The translations under genes and the position numbers were made by a program. Below, piece by piece: positions 7,871 through 14,850 of a DNA stretch of 35,295 nucleotides. The DNA is taken from IMG/VR virus record IMGVR_UViG_3300034356_002595, positions 1 to 35,295 of that record; one strand, written 5' to 3'. The notes below the pieces were generated by a model that saw only the letters and a list, made by a program, of their open reading frames with translations, did no database searches and had not been told where the DNA came from. The stretch comes from a virus (lineage: Duplodnaviria; Caudoviricetes). Within the stretch, counting starts at the first letter, position 1. Each line of letters opens with the position of its first letter.

Positions 7871-8521
7871 CTAAAATAATAATTGTTGTTTTAAATTTGA
7901 TTTTCCAATAATTCCTCTTGCTGTGTTAAATATGGTTAGTCCTGCTTCATAATCTACCAGGTTACGAGCAATTTTATCAAGTCTTTGACTCCCTTTGTAT
8001 TTTGTAAAATCATAATCATGGAATTCTGACAATTGTTTTATGTCTCCAACTTCTATCATATTTTTGAACATTTTTCTTTGTCCTATATTATTTGGCAAAT
8101 TAAAGTTGCACCAATACAAATGGCGACCTATCTTTTTTGCTGGTAATAATGGCTCATAATAAGGGATAACATTTTCAACTACATATTTGCCATCAAAATA
8201 ATTTTCCAAAAAAAGTATTTCTTCATATAGTTTTAAATCAGGATATAATGGAATAAAATTATCTCTGTTTTTTTGACTTATTCTTACTCTGCTATGGCTC
8301 GGACAAGGTGGCGAACTCCATATAAAATCAAACTCCTTAAAGTGTTCTAATAAATATTGATGCGCATCGGCAACTATTACCTTATCATTAGGAAAACGCT
8401 CTTGGTACATTCTTGCTAATTCAGGGTCAAGTTCAACTGCTGTTACTTCGCAATCTGTCCATTTGTACCTGTTGCCGCCAAGACACGCATAAAGATTTAA
8501 AACTTTAAAAGGCTTTTTCAT
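7871..8521 (-). CDS. Short C5-cytosine DNA methyltransferase
   Basis: VLNLYACLGG (motif I variant), AVELD, WSSPPC (catalytic PC), VENV. Confidence 0.85.
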   Translation of the reverse strand: MKKPFKVLNLYACLGGNRYKWTDCEVTAVELDPELARMYQERFPNDKVIVADAHQYLLEHFKEFDFIWSSPPCPSHSRVRISQKNRDNFIPLYPDLKLYEEILFLENYFDGKYVVENVIPYYEPLLPAKKIGRHLYWCNFNLPNNIGQRKMFKNMIEVGDIKQLSEFHDYDFTKYKGSQRLDKIARNLVDYEAGLTIFNTARGIIGKSNLKQQLLF

Positions 8522-8754
8522 TAGTTTAAATCATTTTCATAGTTTATACATCCGTTCCAATCAGGATTGCCGTTGCTTTTGCATGGTATTTCCTCAACCA
8601 ATATTCCATCGACTTTGCAATATCCTAAGCCGTTTTCGTTGCAGTATTGTTGGGCAGTGGCAAAGGATATGCCAGGCACATTTTGCCCAGCATATCTTTT
8701 TAACTCGCCATCTAATGGGCTGATTGCCCAAATACTTGTTGTAAATATTTTCAT
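8521..8754 (-). CDS. Hypothetical protein (77 aa)
   Basis: Packed ORF with stop/start overlap. Confidence 0.7.
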   Translation of the reverse strand: MKIFTTSIWAISPLDGELKRYAGQNVPGISFATAQQYCNENGLGYCKVDGILVEEIPCKSNGNPDWNGCINYENDLN

Positions 8755-8755
8755 G

Positions 8756-9001
8756 TTAGAATGGAAATTTGTCAGTTAATTTTTCTTCAGGCTTCCAAGT
8801 ATCGACTTCGACAGAATGTGTCTTACCATATTGGTCAGGCTCACGCTTGCCAACTACTTTTAGTTTGATGTACTTTTTACCGTTTTTGCCTTCGGTAATA
8901 AACTCTTTTGGCAAGTCCGATAAACATACGCTTATGTTTACAATGTCAAATTTGTCGGCTTTTTTGCCACTACCACAATAGATTCTGTTTTGCTTTTCCA
9001 T
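8756..9001 (-). CDS. Putative single-stranded DNA-binding protein
   Basis: Small beta-rich protein (GKNGKKYI..PDQYGKTH) ending in ...DKFPF; next to the exonuclease/ERF pair. Confidence 0.55.
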   Translation of the reverse strand: MEKQNRIYCGSGKKADKFDIVNISVCLSDLPKEFITEGKNGKKYIKLKVVGKREPDQYGKTHSVEVDTWKPEEKLTDKFPF

Positions 9002-9005
9002 TTTA

Positions 9006-9767
9006 TTATTTGTTTAAGGTGTAAAAAAATTCGTTTTCTAATCGATAGATTGATTTGACATTAAAGATGTTACTAGCATCAGAAAGGTATCTGTATTCAA
9101 CACCAATTTCTAAATCGAAAAAGAATCTATCATAATCGATAATCTCAGCTGATTTAAGCATTTCAATCATTTCTATTTTTTTTGAGTGCCAGTTGTCAAC
9201 AGCCTGCATTATTTCATCTTGTATTAGACTATCTTTAGGTAATTCCAATAGCTTTACTCTGCGTTCCAATTTGATTGGAAACTCTTGCCAATCTTCCATA
9301 CCAAAGGTTTCAGGCTTGGTGCAATAGAATAGCAAGTAGCTTGTATTGGCGCCAGTAGCAATCATCTGCATTTGAAGTTGGTAAACGTATGCCCTCTTTA
9401 CCGAACGCACGTTGCAATAGAAATTAAAAGGCGAAGATGGACATTTAACGTCTAAAGGCACATCACCTATTAAGACATCTGGCGAAGCACCACAACGGTT
9501 ATCTATGGCAATGTATTGGTCATACCAAATGGAATCGGCAAACAATGGCTTAACTGCAAACTCAAAAGCGTTATATTGGTTTGTAATGCCGTGTCGCATT
9601 TCAGCGGTTTCAATTTTTTTATTGATGCCAATTTCACGCATGGCCAATTCCAATACATAGCTTTGGCAAGTTTTGGTTTTGCTCTTATCGGAAGGGCATA
9701 GCTTATGCACACTGCTTGCCGAAATTGCACTTTTGGGTTTCTCAATAGTTTCCATAATTATTGACAC
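9006..9767 (-). CDS. YqaJ/lambda-exonuclease family protein
   Basis: ISAS, EMRHG, GASPD, DVKCP and YQLQMQM motifs. Confidence 0.85.
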   Translation of the reverse strand: MSIIMETIEKPKSAISASSVHKLCPSDKSKTKTCQSYVLELAMREIGINKKIETAEMRHGITNQYNAFEFAVKPLFADSIWYDQYIAIDNRCGASPDVLIGDVPLDVKCPSSPFNFYCNVRSVKRAYVYQLQMQMIATGANTSYLLFYCTKPETFGMEDWQEFPIKLERRVKLLELPKDSLIQDEIMQAVDNWHSKKIEMIEMLKSAEIIDYDRFFFDLEIGVEYRYLSDASNIFNVKSIYRLENEFFYTLNK

Positions 9768-10354
9768 AAAGATTTAAGTAAAGCAGTCTGCTCATCTGAC
9801 AATTTGTAAGCTGAAAATGCACGTTCTAATACGGCTTGTTTGCCTTTGGAATCGGCAGCCATTTTGGCAGCATTGGTCATTTTTTCAAAGGTAGGCATGT
9901 CACATTGCTTTTTGGCTTCTGCTTTCGCTTCGGCTGTTATTGTAGGCTTTATATCCTCTTTGCCATGCGTGTTGGTAGCATCGCTGTCCTTTGCATCATC
10001 AAGACTTAAAAGCCCATTAAGTGCAAATTTGCGAGCGTATGAACTGCTGGCACCAGTCACTTGGCTTCCATCCATACCTTTCTTACTTTCCTCTTCTCTC
10101 GCAAATGCTGTATTTGACCAGCTGTCTTTGCCGTTGGTAATTGTGGCCGTAGCTTTTACATAATACCTATCGCCCACTTGCACAATTTCGTCATTTAGCG
10201 TAACCCAAAAACCAAGTGGGTTTATGATTGGTTTTAAGGCTTCCAAGATGTCCTCGCACGAACGGTACGAGTAATTGCCAAAGTTATTCCGTTGGCCTTT
10301 GGGTGCTTTTAATTTAGCCTGAATCTCGGCAAGTGTTGTTGTGTTCTTTTCCAT
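9758..10354 (-). CDS. erf: ERF-family single-strand annealing protein
   Basis: LKAPKGQRNNFGNYSYRSCEDILEALKP; GMDGSQVTGASSSYARKFAL; DDAKDSD. Confidence 0.9.
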   Translation of the reverse strand: MEKNTTTLAEIQAKLKAPKGQRNNFGNYSYRSCEDILEALKPIINPLGFWVTLNDEIVQVGDRYYVKATATITNGKDSWSNTAFAREEESKKGMDGSQVTGASSSYARKFALNGLLSLDDAKDSDATNTHGKEDIKPTITAEAKAEAKKQCDMPTFEKMTNAAKMAADSKGKQAVLERAFSAYKLSDEQTALLKSLCQ

Positions 10355-10356
10355 AG

Positions 10357-10560
10357 TTATAAAGATGAGTTTAAAATTGACTTTGTAAATATTACTTTTT
10401 GTATCGATTGATGGACACGAGCACCATCACGCAAATTGGCGTATAATTCGTCTATTTTGTCTTTCGCATCTTGTTGGTCAACATAAACAAACTGCTCAGG
10501 ATTCATTCGATTAGAGGGGTGCAATACCTGCACCACCACTACTTCCATTAAATTGCTCAT
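10357..10560 (-). CDS. Hypothetical protein
   Basis: Packed early ORF; ATGA overlap. Confidence 0.65.
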   Translation of the reverse strand: MSNLMEVVVVQVLHPSNRMNPEQFVYVDQQDAKDKIDELYANLRDGARVHQSIQKVIFTKSILNSSL

Positions 10561-10748
10561 AAGGTGAATAGAAAAGATTTTTCAATTGAAACACGGGAAA
10601 ATTCGCCAGCTTTTTCAAGCCATTCTTTATAGATTTTTTCAGCTTTATCTTTAGAAAGATATACAGCGTTAATTGGAGTTGAATTATGATAGTTACCGAT
10701 GAAAGAAACTACCCAAACAAATTCGGGCAATGATTGATTGTTTTCCAT
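10557..10748 (-). CDS. Hypothetical protein
   Basis: Packed early ORF; AACTATG start context. Confidence 0.7.
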   Translation of the reverse strand: MENNQSLPEFVWVVSFIGNYHNSTPINAVYLSKDKAEKIYKEWLEKAGEFSRVSIEKSFLFTL

Positions 10749-10758
10749 AGTTGTATTT

Positions 10759-11052
10759 TTAAATTGAAGTAATAGGGTTTTTTTTGCTGTATTCCATCCC
10801 GATTGTATTTTTAATCAGGTGTTGGTGCTTATTTATGTAAGCCAAAATTAAGTTTAAATCCTCAAGATTGTAACTGCTGTCAAGTTCATATTCTATATCC
10901 TCAACTTCAACCCCCCAATCCTTTTGCATGGCATTAATATCGCCATAAGAATAGTAGAATGAACCATCATTCCATTGGCACTCGGCATGGCAAACAAACG
11001 AGTACAATCGGTTATCTTGCCAAAATGTGTAATCAATTTTAAAGGTTTCCAT
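10759..11052 (-). CDS. Hypothetical acidic protein
   Basis: AACTATG start context. Confidence 0.7.
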   Translation of the reverse strand: METFKIDYTFWQDNRLYSFVCHAECQWNDGSFYYSYGDINAMQKDWGVEVEDIEYELDSSYNLEDLNLILAYINKHQHLIKNTIGMEYSKKNPITSI

Positions 11053-11057
11053 AGTTA

Positions 11058-11189
11058 TTAATTTAAGATGTGAAGTAAAAATCTAGTTAACTGCATAGTT
11101 CCAAATACCATTAACAAAATGGATATTGGGAATAGTAACACAATGCTAAGTGCATCTAGTGTGTCTTTTTGTTGTGGAGTAAGTTGCAT
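11058..11189 (-). CDS. Small membrane protein (43 aa), not in the ORF track
   Basis: MQLTPQQKDTLDALSIVLLFPISILLMVFGTMQLTRFLLHILN*; AACTATG start, first ORF after the promoter, stops 5 nt before the next ATG. Confidence 0.65.
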   Translation of the reverse strand: MQLTPQQKDTLDALSIVLLFPISILLMVFGTMQLTRFLLHILN

Positions 11190-11212
11190 AGTTATTGGGG
11201 TTAAATGTTATG

Positions 11213-11234
11213 CAAATATAATACTTAAGTATTA
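11213..11234 (-). promoter_or_regulatory. Early promoter -7 box (TATATTTG) with overlapping 16-bp palindromic operator TAATACTTAAGTATTA
   Basis: Box at 11213-11220; perfect palindrome at 11219-11234. Confidence 0.65.
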
Positions 11235-11468
11235 GAATGCAATACTTTCTTTACTTTTTTTTAAAAATTTTTTTTGTCGGCTGGCTATGTCTTCCAATGC
11301 GGCCAATACTTCCCAATTCTGCAACCCAGCGTTCATGACGTTGTGAAGCCGTTGATAGGAAATTTCAGGATAAATAGCACGGACAGCACTACCGTACCTA
11401 TACGGCAAATGCTTTTTGGCTTCGGCAAGCCTTTTGGTAAATGTTTCTTTGTCTTTTATCATTGGCAT
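11232..11468 (-). CDS. Small basic HTH-like transcriptional regulator (Cro-like)
   Basis: Helical basic protein at the divergence point, flanked by matching operators. Likely start MPMIKDK; the ORF-track extension crosses the promoter. Confidence 0.6.
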   Translation of the reverse strand: MPMIKDKETFTKRLAEAKKHLPYRYGSAVRAIYPEISYQRLHNVMNAGLQNWEVLAALEDIASRQKKFLKKSKESIAF

Positions 11469-11481
11469 ATCTTTAAGACTG

Positions 11482-11503
11482 CAAAAATAACACATAAGTA
11501 TTA
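11482..11503 (-). promoter_or_regulatory. Promoter -7 box (TATTTTTG) with second operator copy TAACACATAAGTATTA
   Basis: 14/16 match to the palindrome at 11219, in the same register relative to the -7 box. Confidence 0.6.
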
Positions 11504-11547
11504 ATTAAGCAAAATAAAGCACTTGTTTTTTAGATTGGTTTTCTTTA

Positions 11548-11555
11548 TACCTTTG
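11548..11555 (+). promoter_or_regulatory. Rightward promoter -7 box (TACCTTTG) for the packaging/late operon
   Basis: TAnnTTTG with an upstream TTG at ~11523; precedes terS. Confidence 0.6.
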
Positions 11556-11579
11556 TAAAATTATAATAAGAATAGAAAA

Positions 11580-11957
11580 TTGGGCAATAAATCTACAAAC
11601 CTAGAAGTACAAACACGTGTTAATCAACTCGTTTCGCTTATGGTGCGTGGAATTACCAAGCGTTCTGATATTCTTGAATATGTAAATAAATGGAAATGGC
11701 CAGTTGAAACTATAACTGTTGATAATGTTTATATAAAACGAGCAAGGGAAGAATTTGCCGAAATAAGCAAGTATGAAGCTAAGTTTGAACTAGGCTTGTC
11801 ATTAACAAGGCTTAATGACCTTTATTACCAAGCGTTAGACCAACAAGACTTTAAAACGGCACTGGCAGTGCAAAAAGAGATTAACGACCTTGTAGGCATA
11901 AAAGCAGCCGCTAAACAAGAGGTAGAAATAAAAGGTAAGCCCGAATGGCTGAAGTAA
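11580..11957 (+). CDS. Putative terminase small subunit
   Basis: Helical 125-aa protein with TTG start, overlapping terL. Confidence 0.65.
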   Translation: MGNKSTNLEVQTRVNQLVSLMVRGITKRSDILEYVNKWKWPVETITVDNVYIKRAREEFAEISKYEAKFELGLSLTRLNDLYYQALDQQDFKTALAVQKEINDLVGIKAAAKQEVEIKGKPEWLK

Positions 11958-13150
11958 ATAACCCAAATTTCAATTTTCTTATAAACGAACTGCCTAATGT
12001 ACGCATAGCAGCTTTGCAAGGAAGTACTCGTTCGGGTAAGACTTTTAGCACGCTACAATACCTAATAAGGCTAGCTAATCACCATTCAGGCATGCACATA
12101 AGTATTTGCCGTGCTACGTTTCCTGCACTTAAACAAACGGTCCTTAAAGACTTTATAGAGATACTTGAGGAAATAGGGCAGTACAACGAAAGCAATCACA
12201 ACAAGACCGACCAGGTTTATAACCTAAACGGCAATACCTTTGATTTTTTTAGCTTGGATGACCACAAAAAGGTTATGGGTAGGAAGCGTGACATCCTTTA
12301 CCTAAACGAAGCCTTAGAGTGTGATTATAACGTATTTAGGCAGCTGGCATTGCGTACCACAGGAAAGATAATACTAGACTTCAACCCACATGAAGCCGAG
12401 CATTGGGTGTATGACCAAGTGCAAACACGTAGCGACTGCAAGACACTAATAAGCACTTACAAAGACAATCCGCACCTTTCACAAACGCAAATAGACGAAA
12501 TCGAATTACTCAAAGATACCGACCCCGACTATTGGAAGGTATTTGGCGAGGGTGTGCGGTCAAGTGGTGGCCAATCGGTTATTTATAAGAACTGGGAAAT
12601 AGTCAAAGAATGCCCATTCCAAACCGATAAAGTTTACTACGGCCTAGACTTTGGGTATGCTGTGAGTAAAACGGCTATGGTGGAAGGTAGGTTTAGTGGC
12701 AATAAAGTGTACATCACGGAAAAGTTATACAAAAACAGCTATACAACTGGGGATTTATTGGTATCCCTTCCCGAAATAGTACAAGATTATAGGCACATCG
12801 AAGCGGATTCCGCACGGCCTGAAAGCATAGAAGAGATTAGCAGAGCCAAGTTTAACATACATCCTTGTCACAAGTTTGCAGGTTCGGTAGCCGCTGGCAT
12901 TGACCTAGTTAAAAGATACCAATTATTAATTGACGAAAATTCAATAAATTTGCAACGTGAACTACGTTATTACAAATCGGTTGTGGATAAAAACGGTAAG
13001 GTGACAGACGAGCCGTTAAAAATAATGGACGACCTTATGGATGCCATGCGTTACATGATAGAAGGCTACCACCGATTAAATGTAGTATCGCCCGTGAAAA
13101 CTTATGCTAAAATGGCGCAAAGAAAACCAGTCTTTAAAGACTTTAAGTAA
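11945..13150 (+). CDS. terL: Terminase large subunit (PBSX-like)
   Basis: QGSTRSGKT Walker A, LYLNEA Walker B, DFNP, YKDNPHL, YGLDFG, ADSARPE, DDLMDAMRY. Confidence 0.95.
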   Translation: MAEVNNPNFNFLINELPNVRIAALQGSTRSGKTFSTLQYLIRLANHHSGMHISICRATFPALKQTVLKDFIEILEEIGQYNESNHNKTDQVYNLNGNTFDFFSLDDHKKVMGRKRDILYLNEALECDYNVFRQLALRTTGKIILDFNPHEAEHWVYDQVQTRSDCKTLISTYKDNPHLSQTQIDEIELLKDTDPDYWKVFGEGVRSSGGQSVIYKNWEIVKECPFQTDKVYYGLDFGYAVSKTAMVEGRFSGNKVYITEKLYKNSYTTGDLLVSLPEIVQDYRHIEADSARPESIEEISRAKFNIHPCHKFAGSVAAGIDLVKRYQLLIDENSINLQRELRYYKSVVDKNGKVTDEPLKIMDDLMDAMRYMIEGYHRLNVVSPVKTYAKMAQRKPVFKDFK

Positions 13151-13851
13151 TGGATAAAATAAAATTCAAAGACAAACTAATTGAACTACCCGAAAGCTAT
13201 GAAGAGGTTAGCTTTGAAAAGTTCATGGCCTTAGCCGATTGCGAGGGAGTTAATTTAAAAGCCGTGTCAATCCTCACAGGAATAAGCGAAGAGGAGTGGT
13301 CAAGTAGCAATGACGTGGCGGCCTACTACTATTGCTTTAATAGCCTAAGCACCTGGATAGGCAAAGGCATATCCGAGATGACAGATAGAGAGGTAAAGAA
13401 ACTGAAATACCTATCTAAAAATATAGAACTAACCGACATAGGCGAGCAGAGTGTAGCGCAGTATGAAGACTTAAAAATATTAGCGGCCAAATATCAAACG
13501 CATTACGAAAGCGACCCAATAGAAGCGATGAAAGATTATTACCCTTTGTTTGTCGCGATCTACCTACAGCCAAAAACACAAAATGAGAAATACGATTACA
13601 GCAAGGCAAAGGAACTAACCAAGTTTGTAAATGAATTGCCAGCACCAACCGTTATCGGAATTACCAATTTTTTTTTCACGAAATTAGTCGCATCGAGCTT
13701 TGGCATAAGAACCAGTGTCCCGAGTTCGAGTTCATGGTGGAAGAGTTGGACGCTGGGATTAAACAACTATACGAAGCGTTTGGCTTTTCAGCGACACTTG
13801 ACAGCTTGGCAGGTGGCGATTTCGAGAAAGAAGACTATATTAAAGGCTTAA
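13150..13851 (+). CDS. Putative tail assembly chaperone (gpG-like, 0-frame product)
   Basis: Contains slippery AAT TTT TTT TTC at 13666-13677 with an open -1 frame behind it. Confidence 0.6.
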   Translation: MDKIKFKDKLIELPESYEEVSFEKFMALADCEGVNLKAVSILTGISEEEWSSSNDVAAYYYCFNSLSTWIGKGISEMTDREVKKLKYLSKNIELTDIGEQSVAQYEDLKILAAKYQTHYESDPIEAMKDYYPLFVAIYLQPKTQNEKYDYSKAKELTKFVNELPAPTVIGITNFFFTKLVASSFGIRTSVPSSSSWWKSWTLGLNNYTKRLAFQRHLTAWQVAISRKKTILKA

Positions 13852-13940
13852 GTGTTTATAGGGTTTATGGAAAGATACAATACAACGCACACGTTAATAA
13901 CTACAAAAAAAGGTTACACGAATTAATGCAAAGCAAATGA
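13668..13940 (+). CDS. -1 frameshift extension of the tail chaperone (gpGT-like)
   Basis: The -1 frame is open from the T9 run to TGA 13940 (HEISRIELWHKNQCPEFEFMVEELDAG...MQSK), and the stop overlaps the next ATG. Confidence 0.6.
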   Translation, partial: FFFHEISRIELWHKNQCPEFEFMVEELDAGIKQLYEAFGFSATLDSLAGGDFEKEDYIKGLSVYRVYGKIQYNAHVNNYKKRLHELMQSK

Positions 13941-14371
13941 GTTACCTATACGTTAAAAATATAATCCAACAAACTTTTGAAGGTTTGGAATACGATGTGA
14001 TGTTTGGTAGTGGCCGTGAAGCCGACTTCAATCAAATGAAAAATCGCAAATATCCTTTGGCATGGCTCGACCCTATGGTAAGGAATGCGGCCAATCCGAA
14101 TACATTTGACAATTCCGAAACATGGGAAATATCTATTGTGATTTTAGTCAAAGCGGATAAAAACGACACAGCAAGCGAGCAGAATGATTTGGTAGATTTC
14201 AGCCACCAAATAGCGGACGATTTCAGGGCGGCCTTAGACTTAGTCGAAGGAGTCGAGTTTGTGAACAAGCCTAAACTAAATCCTTTGCTTAGGCATACCT
14301 TTGGAACTGACCATACGAGCGGATGTATTCTTACCTTTACCTTGGCAGCTTACGATACCTATACTTGCTAG
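13937..14371 (+). CDS. Putative tail terminator/completion protein
   Basis: 144-aa acidic protein with KYPLAWLDP pattern; size and context. Confidence 0.55.
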   Translation: MSYLYVKNIIQQTFEGLEYDVMFGSGREADFNQMKNRKYPLAWLDPMVRNAANPNTFDNSETWEISIVILVKADKNDTASEQNDLVDFSHQIADDFRAALDLVEGVEFVNKPKLNPLLRHTFGTDHTSGCILTFTLAAYDTYTC

Positions 14372-14850
14372 TGGCGGGACTTGCTGACATATTGCAGGAG
14401 AAGTTAGGCGGTGCTATGGAAGCGATTAAACGCAACATGGATTCGAGTGATTTTAATGCTACAAACAAAACAAAAGACAGTTTAGCGTTTGAAGTAACTG
14501 AGGATGTTGGAAGCCTTACGGGTATCATCTTTGGCAACGCTTCCTTACAATGGGCTGAGACTGGAAGGCCACCCCGTACAAGTACAACTGACAGCGGCCT
14601 AAGCGATAAGATACTTGTTTGGATGCAGGCTCGCAATGTAGGTTCTAATTTGACAGAGAAGGGGCAAAAGAACTTAGCTAGGTTTATTACACTAAAAATA
14701 AATACGTTAGGCACTAAGCTATTCAGAGAGGGCAAAACAAGGGATGTTTATACAAGCATACTTGAGCAAACCAAATCCGATCTTGAAAAAGAAATAGCGT
14801 TGTTTATGGAACAAAGCATAATTACTACATTTACCAAAACATTTCAATAA
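14371..14850 (+). CDS. Putative neck/tail-completion protein (HK97 gp10-like)
   Basis: ATNKTKDSL, QWAETGRPP, ARFITLKINTLGT motifs; likely GTG start overlapping the previous stop (ORF track starts at 14323). Confidence 0.55.
   Translation: MAGLADILQEKLGGAMEAIKRNMDSSDFNATNKTKDSLAFEVTEDVGSLTGIIFGNASLQWAETGRPPRTSTTDSGLSDKILVWMQARNVGSNLTEKGQKNLARFITLKINTLGTKLFREGKTRDVYTSILEQTKSDLEKEIALFMEQSIITTFTKTFQ

Noticed and set aside
1114-10163. Plus-strand ORFs overlapping the early genes (e.g. 1114-1611, 2632-2946, 3053-3430, 3557-3883, 5028-5261, 9840-10163)
   Set aside because: Antisense shadows of well-supported minus-strand genes, with no recognisable motifs or start context.
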